DNA of 64,000 bases from Piromyces finnis finn (GCA_002104945.1 MCFH01000002.1:1736001-1800000), one strand, 5' to 3'. Shown: positions 32,620-46,500, counted from the stretch's first letter. Numbers and translations: made by a program. The notes: generated by a model not told the origin, from the sequence alone.

Positions 32620-35600
32620 ATGATAAACTATACTAACAACAATCAATTAGAAAGTGTTAAAGGAGGTAAATTATTTAAAATTGTGACATTTAATCAAATT
32701 AAATAAAATAATTGTAAAAAAGGGGAAGCAAGTTAAACTTGTTGATAAAAAAAAGTTGATATAGAATTTGGTTGATTGTTCTTTAATGAAGTATTATAGA
32801 GTTAGACAGTTGTGAATTGATAGAATAATAAAAAAAAAAAAAAAAAGAAAAAAAGACTATTAAAAATACGTACCTATTATTAACATATATATAATAATTT
32901 AATTTTAATAGAAGGCAGTACTGGAATCTTTAAAAAACTTAATTCTAATAGAATAGATTCAGGTTATAATACACCTGAAACTAGAAAACATAATTTAGAT
33001 AGTGTAAGTTTTTGATTAAATATTATAAAAAAAAATTTTTATCTCTATTCACATTGTAATTATATATATTTTTTATAATTTAATTTATAAATAGGATAAA
33101 ATTTTACAAATTCTTTGTGCATTACCATTAGGTTACACCCAAGAAAACAAGGTTTGTATATTATACTAAAATTTTTTGAAAAATTAATATATTAACTTTA
33201 TAATGATATATATTTAACAGAGTACTCAAAAGGCAGTAAAGGAAATTAAATCAGAAGAAAGTACTTTAGTTGAAAAAAGGGTTATTATTGATACCGGAAT
33301 CTTCGACCACCCAATTTTATTACAACAAAACGATACCGAATTAACTGAAGAAGAAACTATTGCAGAACCAGCCAGAATTGTCATTGACACTGGCATATTT
33401 GACCGTCCAATTTTAATTCAAGAAACTGAAATTATTGAAAAGGATGTATTAAAAGAAATTACCAAGCCAATTATTATTGATACTGGCATTTTCGATCGTC
33501 CAATTTTAATTCAAAATGTTGAAGAATCAATTCCAGAAACTAGAGCTGATACTGGTTTATGGTGGCTTTTCGCTAAACCAGATATTGTTGTAGTTGAAGA
33601 AAAGGCTCCACAAAGTGACAGAGTTATCATTGACACTGGTATTTTTGATCGTCCAATCTTAATTCAAAAGGTTGAACCAGTTGTTGAAGAAAAGGCTCCA
33701 CAAAGTGAAAGAGTTATCATTATTGATACTGGTATTTTCGATCGTCCAATTTTAATTCAAAATGTTGAATCAGTTGTTGAAGAAAAGGCTCCACAAAGCG
33801 ACAGAGTTATCATTATTGATACTGGTATTTTCGATCGTCCAATCTTAATTCAAAATGTTGAATCAGTTGTTGAAGAAAAGGCTCCACAAAGTGAAAGAGT
33901 TATCATTGACACTGGTATTTTCGATCGTCCAATCTTAATTCAAAATGTTGAACAAGAAATTACTACCAGAGATGTTGTTGAAGAAGCCATTCCAGAAACT
34001 AGGGCTGATACTGGTTTATGGTGGCTCTTTGCTAAAACTATTGTTGAAGAACCAATTCCAGAAACCAGAGCTGATACTGGTTTATGGTGGCTCTTTGCTA
34101 AAGCTATTATTGAAGAACCAATTCCAGAAACTAGAGCTGATACTGGTTTATGGTGGCTTTTCGCTAAACCAGATATTGTTGTAGTTGAAGAAAAGGCTCC
34201 ACAAAGTGACAGAGTTATCATTGACACTGGTATTTTTGATCGTCCAATCTTAATTCAAAAGGTTGAACCAGTTGTTGAAGAAAAGGCTCCACAAAGTGAA
34301 AGAGTTATCATTATTGACACTGGTATTTTCGATCGTCCAATCTTAATTCAAAATGTTGAACAAGAAATTACTACCAGAGATGTTGTTGAAGAAGCCATTC
34401 CAGAAACTAGGGCTGATACTGGTTTATGGTGGCTCTTTGCTAAAACTGTTGTTGAAGAATCAATTCCAGAAACTAGAGCTGATACTGGTTTATGGTGGCT
34501 CTTTGCTAAAACTATTGTTGAAGAACCAATTCCAGAAACTAGAGCTGATACTGGTTTATGGTGGCTTTTCGCTAAACCAGATATTGTTGTAGTTGAAGAA
34601 AAGGCTCCACAAAGTGACAGAGTTATCATTGACACTGGTATTTTTGATCGTCCAATCTTAATTCAAAAGGTTGAACCAGTTGTTGAAGAAAAGGCTCCAC
34701 AAAGCGACAGAGTAATTATTGACACTGGTATTTTCGATCGTCCAATCTTAATTCAACAACAACAACAACAACAAGAAAAAGTTACACCAAAATCTGATAA
34801 TATTATTCAACCACTCATCAGATTACCATTAGCAGTTGATTATCTTTTCGAACAACCAAAGGTTACTGAAACCCCAAGAGAAGCTCCAGTTGAAGCTGAT
34901 TACCAAGTTCCAAATGCTCCATATGGCTTTGCTCCACAAGTTCAAAAGCCACCATATGGTGTCAATGCTGAAGCTCCAAAGACTGAAAACATTATCCAAC
35001 CACTCATCAGATTACCATTAGCTGTTGATTATCTTTTCGAACAACCAAAGTCTCAAAATATTATTCAACCACTCATTAGATTACCTTTAGCTGTTGATTA
35101 TCTTTTCGAACAACCAAAGGTTACTGAAACCCCAAGAGAAGCTCCAGTTGAAGCTGATTACCAAGTTCCAAATGCTCCATATGGCTTTGCTCCACAAGTT
35201 CAAAAGCCACCATATGGTGTCAATGCTGAAGCTCCAAAGACTGAAAACATTATCCAACCACTCATCAAATTACCATTAGCTGTTGATTATCTTTTCGAAC
35301 AACCAAAGTCTCAAAATATTATTCAACCACTCATTAGATTACCTTTAGCTGTTGATTATCTTTTCGAACAACCAAAGGTTACTGAAACTCCAAGAGAAGC
35401 TCCAGTTAAAACAAAGGAAGTTGCTATTAGTAATGAAGTTGATCGTTTAAATGCAATCATTAGAGAATTAAATAAAAAAATTGAAAGTAAGCAACAATCT
35501 GAAGCTGATTTAAACGGTCGTGTTGCCAATTTAACTCTTATGTTAAATGAAGCTAATCAAAAGAATAAGATTTTATCTAATCAATATGAAAATAAATTAG

Positions 35601-38329
35601 ATGATGTTCTTTCTAAGAATGTTAAGCTCAACAGTAATCTCTCAAAAATTACTCTTGACTACGATTCTCAAGTTAGAGAATTAAAGGCTAAGAATAATGT
35701 TATGGATGAAAAGATCAACAATTTATTAGGTAAGCTTGCTTCTTTGAACACTCAATTATCTGTTGTTTCTCTTATTAGTAATGAACCAAGAGCTAACAGT
35801 AAGATTTCTGATGATTGTGCTACCATTAATGAATTAATGAAGGAAATGAATCAATCTAAGATTTCTAATGACTGTGCTACCATTAATGAATTAATGAAGG
35901 AAATGAATCAATCTAAGATTTCTAATGACTGTGCTACCATTAATGAATTAATGAAGGAAATGAATCAATCTAAGATTTCTAATGACTGTGCTACAGTTAA
36001 TGAATTAATGAAAGAAATCAATCAACTCAAGCAACAATCAGAATCTACTACTAGAGATGCTCCAGTTGTTGAAGAAGTTCCAAAGATTTCAGACGATTGT
36101 GCTACTATTGCTCAACAAAACAAGTATATTGCAGAATTAGAAGCTAAGCTTAATGATAATCAATTCGAAAACAAATATAATGATATTCTTTCCAAGAATG
36201 TTAAGCTCAACAGTAATCTCTCAAAGATTACTCTTGACTACGATTCTCAAGTTAGAGAATTAAAGGCTAAGAATAATGTTATGGATGAAAAGATCAACAA
36301 TTTATTAGGTAAGCTTGCTTCTTTGAACACTCAATTATCTGTTGTTTCTCTTATTAGTAATGAACCAAGAGCTAACAGTAAGATTTCTGATGATTGTGCT
36401 ACCATTAATGAATTAATGAAGGAAATGAATCAATCTAAGATTTCTGATGATTGTGCTACCATTAATGAATTAATGAAGGAAATGAATCAATCTAAGATTT
36501 CTAATGACTGTGCTACCATTAATGAATTAATGAAGGAAATGAATCAATCTAAGATTTCTAATGACTGTGCTACCATTAATGAATTAATGAAGGAAATGAA
36601 TCAATCTAAGATTTCTAATGACTGTGCTACCATTAATGAATTAATGAAGGAAATGAATCAATCTAAGATTTCTAATGACTGTGCTACAGTTAATGAATTA
36701 ATGAAGGAAATCAGTCAACTTAAGCAACAATCATTTGTTGAATCTTCATCTCGTGAAGTTGTTATGAATAAACCAGTTTACGTCAATAACAATAATGAAA
36801 ACTTAATGGCTAAGATGGCTGAAATTAATACTCGTCTTGCTTTAGTTACCTTAAAGTATGATGAAGATGTTCGTGTATTAAAGAACTCCCAAAAGGAAAA
36901 AGATAGCATTATTGAAGAATTAAGAAACAACTCTGCTAAATTAAATTCTAACCTTGCTACTTTAACTCTTAATAGTAACGATGAACGTTCAAACTTAAGA
37001 GAAATCGTTGTTGAAAAGCAATTGGAAATTGATGCTTTAAGATCTAGTGCTTCTCAATTAAATGGTCAACTTGCCAATTTAACTCTTAACATGGATGAAG
37101 TTTTACGTTCTAACAATGCTTACTTAAATGAAAAGACAGGAGAAGTTGATTTCCTTCGTCAATGTACTGTTCAATTAAACCAACAATTAGCTAGATTAAC
37201 TTTATCATTTGATGATATTATTAAGTCAAACCATGGTTATATTGCTAAGCAACAAGATGAAATCAATAATCTTATTGAAAAGACTACTGATCTTAATGGT
37301 CGCTTAGCTCGTTTAACATTAAACTATGATGAAATGAACAATAATCGTCAAAAGAAGATTACTGAACAAGATAAAGAAATCGAAAAGCTTCAACAAAAGG
37401 CTGCTGCTCTTAACGGTTCAATTGCAAAGCTTACATTAGCATTTGATGAAATGGCTCAACAAAAGTCTTCCTCAGTTGAATCTAGAGAAGATACTAGAGA
37501 AGTATCCGTTGAAAATGAAATTAATGAAGAAAGATTTAAAGATGTTTCTGTAAACTTAAACCATAACCTTGCTACTCTTACTCTTGAATATGATCTCTTA
37601 AAGAGAGAAAGTGAAATTCAACAAAAGGCTAGTCAACAAAAGATTAACTACCTTCAAAAGGAAAGAAGTAAGCTTAATAATAATTTAGCAAAGGTTACCA
37701 TTCAATATGATGAAGATATTGCTAAGAAGAATAAAACTATTAAGAATCTTAAGAGCAAATTAAATAATACCAATGTTGCATACAATAATGCTCGTCGTGG
37801 TTCTGTTGTAGCAAAGATTCAAAAAATCGAAAGATTAACTGACATGTCCACTAATCTTAACTCTAATCTTGCAAGAGTAACTTTAGAATTTAATGAAATG
37901 GTACAAAGCAAGGATGCTGAAATCAACAAATTAAAGGATTCTTTAAAGAATTACGAAATGGGTATTCAACAACATAATAATACTATTACTGTTGAATATA
38001 ATGATGTCAATTACTACAACATTAACCAAAATCCTAATGCTGAGAAGCATTCCAGTAAGATGATGGGCTCTCCAGCTCCTCTCGATGTTCCAGTTGTAGC
38101 TCCAGAAGTTCAAGAAGAAGCTCAAATTGCTCCAGCTGCTGAACCAGAAATTGCTGATGTTAATGAAGAAGAAGATGATCAAAGTGGAAAGAAAAAGAAA
38201 AGAGGAAAGAAATCAAAGTCTACCTCAAAGAAGATTGTAAAGAAGTCTAATAAATATGGTGACTTAACTATTGAACAAAGAAAAGCAATGAATAAGGAAA
38301 TTGTTAATCAATCATGTACAATTCTTTAG
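32620..38329 (+). CDS. Orphan multi-repeat / coiled-coil protein, ~1767 aa, 4 exons; function unknown
   Basis: Exons 32620-32665, 32912-33003, 33095-33151 and 33221-38329 are phase-consistent (total 5304 nt). The last exon is open from 33221, in the same frame as ORF-track 35540-38329, which only starts at the first Met. Codon usage looks like that of a real gene. Confidence 0.85.
33280..35400 (+). repeat. Nested coding tandem repeats: ~11x IIDTGIFDRPILIQ, 7x ETRADTGLWWLFAK, 5x IIQPLI(R/K)LPLAVDYLFEQPK, with higher-order ~408-bp and 258-bp duplications
   Basis: Counted from the sequence. The higher-order periods are also seen in the offsets of duplicated shadow ORFs (33940 vs 34348; 34836 vs 35094). 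Confidence 0.9.
35800..36720 (+). repeat. Coding 57-bp (19-aa) tandem repeat SKIS(N/D)DCATINELMKEMNQ, in blocks of 4 and 6 copies within a larger internal duplication
   Basis: Near-identical 57-nt units are directly visible. The segment 35575-36020 recurs near 36160-36720. Confidence 0.95.
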
Positions 38330-40439
38330 AGATTTAAAAAGTTTGATTTATAAATCAACTACCGATTAAAATTCATTCAAAAAATAATAATTTACAGGAA
38401 AAAAAATAATCTTTTATCTATACCTATTTTTTTAGAAAGGTTATTTTTTTTATATATTTTAATTTTTCAAATTCTTTTTCATTATTTAAACAGTCAATGT
38501 ATTCATTTTTTTTATTCAATGTCAGCAACTAATTACAATACACAGCAAACATCAGTAAACAATATTTAAAGTTTTTTTTTAAGTTGAACGATAAATTCTT
38601 TAATCAAGTTTTTTTCTTCAATTGTAAAATTTTTTAATTCAAAACACTATCTAATTACAACTTTTTTTAATTTATTACCGTTTTCTGTATTTCAGTATAA
38701 GTAATTAAAAACACTTTAATTCTCCTAATTAACACTTTATAAACCAAAAAAAAAAAAAAAAAACGAGGAATGTAGTTATCCAAAAATCAAACAAAACAAA
38801 ATAATCAAACAAAACAAAACAAAAAAAAGCAAATCTAATTTTTAAAAAGCAACATGAAAAATTACTCTTTTTTAGAAGCAAAGTAAAATAATTTTCCTTT
38901 TAATTATTAATTATAATAATATGTAATTAATTTGAAGTTTCAATATTTTATTTTTTGAATATTGGAATATTAATATAATTAATAATTTTTTGTAATAGAA
39001 AAGAAAAATGTGTCTTTTCTTCCTTACAGAATAATTGATTAGGAAAAACAACAATTTTTTTTTAATTATTATTAATTATAATAATCTATCCTAATTAAAA
39101 AGGGATAGTTTAATATGAATTAATAAGTTTAGGAATACAAATGATGCGTATTCCTAATGTTTACATTGAAACAATTAAAAAAAAAGTATAAGGAAAATGC
39201 TAAAAAATTTAATACCAAAATTTGAATATTAAAAGTTTAAAATTAATATTTAAAAGTTAATAAAATAAAGCTAAAAAAAAAGAGGGAAAATCATCCAAAA
39301 TAAACAAAGTAAAAATACAAAAAAACGAAAACAAAAAAAATAAAAAAACAAAAAAAAAAAAAAAATAAAAAACAAGGATAATTAACATTCACTCAATAAA
39401 AACAATATTATAAAAAGGAAACAATCAATAATAATAGCAAACAATATTAAACATATATATATATAAAAAAAAAAAAAAAAGTAACTGAAGAGTATGAAAT
39501 AACCAATTAAATAATTAATTTATTTTATACCATTTAATAATCTATTATAAAACGTAGTTATTAAAAAATTTCAGTTACAAAAAAGGTAATATTGTTTATA
39601 TTTAGATAATATAAATAGTAGTAAATGAAAAACAAAAAGAAAAAAAGAAAAACAGCAAAAATCAAGAAGGAAAAAAAAATCAACAGAAATTAAAATTTAA
39701 TTTTCAAGAAGATTCCGAATTTCCTTTACTGCCTGCCCCTAAAATTATTTTTTAGTTTTTTTAGATTTTTTTTTTATATTCTTCTTTTTAAATGTTTATT
39801 TTTTTTCTTTTGTTATAAAAATGTTTAAAAAAACCTTTTTAAAAATTTTATTAAATAATTTATTTAATATAATTAATAAAAAATAAAATTTTAATAATAA
39901 TAATAAAAAAAAAAAAAAAAAAACTGTTTCTATTATTTTTATGAAATTCTTTTTATATAATTATTATGAATAAATAATACCAAACTTTTACTTCCCCCTC
40001 CCCTTCTTCAGCATTATAAATTAATTTTTAGTTTAATATTTTTTATATTTAACCTAGAAGTTATACTTCAACAAAAGAAAAAAAAACTGATTAATGAATT
40101 TTGTTGTTACAATTTTTAATTTAAAGGAATTTAAAATTATACAAGAAATAATAATTTTTTTTTTTAGTTATAATTAATAGAAACAATCGATTTAAAAAAA
40201 AAAAAAAAAAACCTTTTATATTAAGTAAATTATACATTTAAATTTATTTAATATACTTTTATTTATTTTTCTTTTCTTTTTAATAATGATAATTTAAATT
40301 AGTAAAATATAAAATAATTAAAAAAAAATAAAAGTTAGTATATATATAAAAAAAAAAAAAAAATTAAACCTTTTAATAATATTTAATAAAAATTAAAAAT
40401 AATTTATAAAAAAAAAAAAAAAAAAATTCATAGAAAAGG

Positions 40440-43050
40440 TATTAGGATTATTGTGTTTTAAAGTGTAATAGTGATGATTCTATTTTAAATTGGTAATAAT
40501 ATAAAAAACAATAGTATTTAAAAAGTAATCATGAAGATGTTAATTCTCCTTTCTTTAATTTTATGCTTTCCAATGAATTCCCTATAAACCGTGGTGTAAG
40601 ACAAGGATGTCCTTTTTCTCCTATACTTTTTAACCTCTTTATCAATGATATTTTAAATAAATGTGAAAGGCTTGGAGTTAGCTTAGGAAATAAACGTTGT
40701 TGTGGTGGCCTTTTCGCTGATGACATTGTTTTGATTGCTCCTAGTAAGAAAAACCTTCAAAAGATGCTCAATCTAGTCCTTGATTGGGCTTGTTAAACCT
40801 ATCAACTTTAATAGATCCCCTAGTTATGTCGACTCAACATTTTACATTGGTATGTGCTCGATTCCAAAGGTTTCTTGCTATACTTATCTTGGAATCCCAT
40901 TCGACGAAGATCTTTCTCTGACTCCTATTCTGTCTAATATGTACAAAAAAGTTCAGAAATCTTTATTCTCTTTTAAGAACTTCCTCACTAACAATTGTGT
41001 TCCTATTGGCTTAAAAAATATAGTAATTCATTCTTATATTTTAAGCAAAGTCTCTTATTATGCTTCTTTACTTGGTTCCAACAAAAATAGAACTAGAAGA
41101 GTTCAATTTGCTGTTTTATGGAGTGTCAGTAGCTTTCACAATAAAAGTCTTAATAACAAAGATTTTGTTTTTGAACGAAATTCATTTATTAGTCTGTATG
41201 CTCTTACAAGAGATATGAAGATCCCTACCCTTTCAGGTATTTGTGCTGCGCAACAAGTGAAATGCTTTGTTAAATGGAGAAAATCAAATTGTATAATTAA
41301 AGATCTCGTCCGATCTATTCCTCCCATGTCTCATTACTCTTGGGCCAAAGAATCTTGTTCACTACATAAGAAGCTTATGAAAATAAATATTAAAAGTACT
41401 AAAGATATTAGAGAATATTATTGGAATAATAGTAGCCTAAATAATGGAAGTAAAGCCCTCAGATATACTAACAACAAATTCCTTAACTCAAATCGCCTAA
41501 TGCATATCGGTCTCAACAAACCTCATTTAAATTTAGGAATTACCTGGATTATTCGTATTCGATGCGGTTATGAAAATACTACCCGAATTGCTATTGCCAG
41601 TAATAGAGTTATTCCTGACTGCCCTCGTGTCTGTCCATGTTGCGGATATGACGAACAATCTTTTTACCATTGGATATTAGAATGTTCTGCATTCTCTGAA
41701 TACAGAGCTTCTTCACTTTGCTTTCTTGACGATCTTTTTACCCTTTTTTACAATAAATATAAGAATCAATTCATCACATACTTACTCCCCGAAACGGAAG
41801 TAAGAAAAACAATTTATAACTATATTTTTACGTTCCTTCTTGGTGGAACTTTAGCTTATGATGAGCTACAAATCGATAAGGCGGAACAAAGACATTTGAA
41901 TGAACAGCTTTACAGTTCATCGGGGTCTCATGTTCCATATGTAGAGGGTCTCGCGGCTTTTCTTACTAAAACAATCCCTATCATTAGTAGCTCTATGAAG
42001 CTACTTTTTGATAGGTTTAGTAAGACACCTAACGTAATCAAGAGCGCCGACGTCGTACCGATATGGCAAAGGAACATTTCCAATGTTCCGTACACAGGGT
42101 TCAATGTTAGTATTTCCTCAAATTCGAATGAAAACATTATGAACTCATGTGAGAGTTTAGTGGACACCACACTATCATACCTGATGTTACTTCTTTTTTT
42201 ATTTCATTTAATTTATTAGGTAGGGACCAATCTCACACAGTACAAATTGCAGAGTTCATTGAACTTTTATGCAACTTAAATAATTATTTTATATTTTTTT
42301 ATATTTATATTTTTATTTATATATATTTTATTATTTTTATTTATTATTTATTATATCAATATCAATATGTATTATCACCTAATATTATGTAATATCACTA
42401 ATTAAATAAGTAAATAAATAAAAGATGTGTATTCTCTTCCTAGTCTAAAATAAAATTCTTTAATTTTAGTGTAAAGAAACTAAAAATTCATTTATTATTC
42501 TGTATGATATAAGAATATGCAGGTATTTTATGCTTCACAATAAATAAAATCTTTTGTTAAAATGAGGGGTAAATCAAATGATGTTATTAAAAATATTGTC
42601 TGACTTATTCCCCTTCCCTCATCGTTTACTTTTAAGCTTAAAAAAAAAACTCTTTGCATATTAAACTTATTAAAATTAATAAAGGTACTAAAGATGTTAA
42701 AGAATAGTAATGAAAGTAAAAATCCTTAGGTATTATATTTTAATAAATTCCTTAAATCAGACCTTTATACTTAATTGTTCTTAACATAATAGCATCAACG
42801 TCCTATCAATAAGGCAGAGAAACATTCTTTATGTTTCATACACACAGATACACAGGGTTCAATGTTAGTATTCCTTTGAATGAAAATATTATGAATTTAT
42901 GGATGAGTTTAAATAAACATTACACTCTTCCTACTCCTGATGTTATTTTTTTTTTTAATTTCATTTCATTTATTGTATAAGATAGAGTCCAATCACCACA
43001 TAATATAAAATTGTAAGAAGTTTATCGAACTATTAGACAACTTTAATATT
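40440..43050 (+). mobile_element. Old, decayed and internally deleted copy of the same non-LTR retrotransposon family, interrupted by the young truncated copy
   Basis: 42468-43050 aligns by eye, collinearly, to young-copy segments at ~41175-41260, 41260-41340, 41375-41520 and 42040-42280 (for example 42791-42823 vs 42043-42075, and 42849-42870 TACACAGGGTTCAATGTTAGTA is identical). Homology left of 40551 is weak, so the left boundary is uncertain. Confidence 0.75.
40563..42455 (+). mobile_element. Young 5'-truncated non-LTR retrotransposon copy (C-terminal RT + CCHC region + 3' UTR + short A tail) with a 47-bp frameshifting deletion
   Basis: Nearly identical to the reverse complement of 43265-45207. 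Flanked by the 12-bp direct repeat TTCTTTAATTTT (40551-40562 and 42456-42467). A 47-nt deletion at 40790/40791 relative to the full copy explains the split ORFs 40563-40796 and 40780-42219. Confidence 0.95.
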
Positions 43051-43502
43051 TTTTACCTTAACTCTTATTTATACACATTTTATTATTTTATCATCATTTT
43101 TATTCTCTTTATCAAATATCAATAATTTATTTAATATATTAAAAGTAATAATAATTTTAAAGTATTTTACAACTTTTTTTTTAAAAAAAGTTAATGTTAA
43201 TAATATAATATGTAAAAAAAAATAGAAAAACAAAACAAAAAATATACATATATATATATATTTATTTTTTTTTTTTTTTAGACTAGGAAGAGAATACACA
43301 TCTTTTATTTATTTATTTAATTTGAGATATTACATAATATTAGGTGATAATACATATTGATATTGATATAATAAATAATAAATAAAAATAATAAAATATA
43401 TATAAATAAAAATATAAATAGAAAATAATATAAAATAATTATTTAAGTTGCATAAAAGTTCAATGAACTCTGCAATTTGTACTGTGTGGGATTGGTCCCT
43501 AC

Positions 43503-46500
43503 CTAATAAATTAAATGAAATAAAAAAAGAAGTAACATTAGGTATGATAGTGTGGTGTCCACTAAACTCTCACATGAGTTCATAATGTTTTCATTCGAAT
43601 TTGAGGAAATACTAACATTGAACCCTGTGTACGGAACATTGGAAATGTTCCTTTGCCATATCGGTACGACGTCGGCGCTCTTGATTACGTTAGGTGTCTT
43701 ACTAAACCTATCAAAAAGTAGCTTCATAGAGCTACTAATGATAGGGATTGTTTTAGTAAGAAAAGCCGCGAGACCCTCTACATATGGAACATGAGACCCC
43801 GATGAACTGTAAAGCTGTTCATTCAAATGTCTTTGTTCCGCCTTATCGATTTGTAGCTCATCATAAGCTAAAGTTCCACCAAGAAGGAACGTAAAAATAT
43901 AGTTATAAATTGTTTTTCTTACTTCCGTTTCGGGGAGTAAGTATGTGATGAATTGATTCTTATATTTATTGTAAAAAAGGGTAAAAAGATCGTCAAGAAA
44001 GCAAAGTGAAGAAGCTCTGTATTCAGAGAATGCAGAACATTCTAATATCCAATGGTAAAAAGATTGTTCGTCATATCCGCAACATGGACAGACACGAGGG
44101 CAGTCAGGAATAACTCTATTACTGGCAATAGCAATTCGGGTAGTATTTTCATAACCGCATCGAATACGAATAATCCAGGTAATTCCTAAATTTAAATGAG
44201 GTTTGTTGAGACCGATATGCATTAGGCGATTTGAGTTAAGGAATTTGTTGTTAGTATATCTGAGGGCTTTACTTCCATTATTTAGGCTACTATTATTCCA
44301 ATAATATTCTCTAATATCTTTAGTACTTTTAATATTTATTTTCATAAGCTTCTTATGTAGTGAACAAGATTCTTTGGCCCAAGAGTAATGAGACATGGGA
44401 GGAATAGATCGGACGAGATCTTTAATTATACAATTTGATTTTCTCCATTTAACAAAGCATTTCACTTGTTGCGCAGCACAAATACCTGAAAGGGTAGGGA
44501 TCTTCATATCTCTTGTAAGAGCATACAGACTAATAAATGAATTTCGTTCAAAAACAAAATCTTTGTTATTAAAACTTTTATTGTGAAAGCTATTGACACT
44601 CCATAAAACAGCAAATTGAACTCTTCTAGTTCTATTTTTGTTGGAACCAAGTAAAGAAGCATAATAAGAGACTTTGCTTAAAATATAAGAATGAATTACT
44701 ATATTTTTTAAGCCAATAGGAACACAATTGTTAGTGAGGAAGTTCTTAAAAGAGAATAAAGATTTCTGAACTTTTTTGTACATATTAGACAGAATAGGAG
44801 TCAAAGAAAGATCTTCGTCGAATGGGATTCCAAGATAAGTATAGCAAGAAACCTTTGGAATCGAGCACATACCGATGTAAAATGTTGGGTCGACATAACT
44901 AGGGGATCTATTAAAGTTGATAGGTTTAACAACAATAGTTGCACATTTATTTATTCCAAAAGACATTTCATTTAAATTAGCCCAATCAAGGACCAGATTG
45001 AGCATCTTTTGAAGGTTCTTCTTACTAGGAGCAATCAAAACAATGTCATCTGCGAAAAGGCCACCACAACAACGTTTATTACCTAAGCTAACTCCAAGCC
45101 TTTCACATTTATTTAAAATATCATTGATAAAGAGGTTAAACAGTATAGGAGAAAGAGGACATCCTTGTCTTACACCACGGTTTATAGGGAATTCATTGGA
45201 AAGCATATCCAAGAAACGTGCACGAGCTTTAGAGGTAGAGTAGAGATTATTGAGAAAATCAAAACATTTACCATGTATACCTAATTTATATAACTTTGTA
45301 AGGATATTAAAAATAGGAACTGAGTCGTATGCTTTTTTATGGTCTAGAAAGGCGACATAAGTAGCTTTTCCTTTAAATTTTCTTCTTTGACAGATTTCTC
45401 TAATGGAAACAAATAAGCTAATACATTCTTCTTTATAGCGAAAACCAAATTGCTCAGGTCTTATAAAATTATGAGAAAGAGCATACTTTGAAATTCTATT
45501 AGTTACAATTTTTGAAATAATTTTAAGACCTACATTGATGAGAGAAATACCACGATAATTATTACAGTCTGAAAGATCGCCTTTCTTTGGAATAGAAACA
45601 ATGGAAGCAGAGTTCCATTTCAAAGGAAAGGAACCATTCCAGATTTTATTAAAAATTAATTTAAGACAATTTCCAGCAGACTTATGTTCTTTCTCCAGTT
45701 CTTCGTTACAAAAGAAAGCTTTGAAAAATTCAATTGGGATACCATCGGGACCTGGAGCCTTGTTATTCTTCATTGACAGAACAACATTCCTAATTTCCTC
45801 AATAGAAATGGGACCATTTATATCCCATGCTATTTGATTGATATGGTTGAATTGGAAGGCTCTTTCCCAGTAACCACGATTTAAGCTGTGATTTGTAACA
45901 TCAGATGCAAGATTTTCATAATGTTCAGCCCAACGTTTTAATTGTTCTTGAGGAGTAAATAAATCCTTGCCATTCTTGTCCTTAATAGTTGAAACATGGG
46001 AGGACGAATAGCTTGGTTTGGCAAGTTTTTTAAGGCCTTTCCAACCTTGTCTAAAGCTTTTATCAATAAAATGTTTACCGATAGAAACAATATTAGCTTT
46101 ATAGAGATTGGATCTGAATTTACTCTTAACCTTTTTGATGATATTACATAGATTTTGGTATATGGAGAACTGGTTAAGATAATTTTCCATGTCAGCGCAA
46201 TCTGAAAGGGGCTTAATATTTTTGTAAGCCAGGTGTTTTTCATGTGATAAGTTTTTGATGTATCGAGGGCAATGAAATGCTGGACCTTTTAAATCTGCAG
46301 GCACAATGGCTTTTATTTCTTTACCTATAGTTTTGGAAGTATCTAAAAATCTTGAAACCATATCGTCAGCCGAAAGGCTATCGCAATTAGCTTCAAGCTC
46401 GGAAGCAAGAACAGCAAAGCGATTACTAGTAAGAATGTCAGAACACTTTGTGTTACAGATATGATTTGACCACTTAAAGGTCTTCTTAGGCTTTTTGAAA

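Noticed and set aside
33940-35279. Duplicated short ORFs (33940-34227, 34348-34635, 34836-35021, 35094-35279 and others)
   Set aside because: Shadow frames of the coding tandem repeats of the 32620-38329 gene.
35800-36720. Regular 57-bp repeats resembling a CRISPR array
   Set aside because: No unique spacers, length is a multiple of 3, in frame within a eukaryotic coding exon, and no cas genes.
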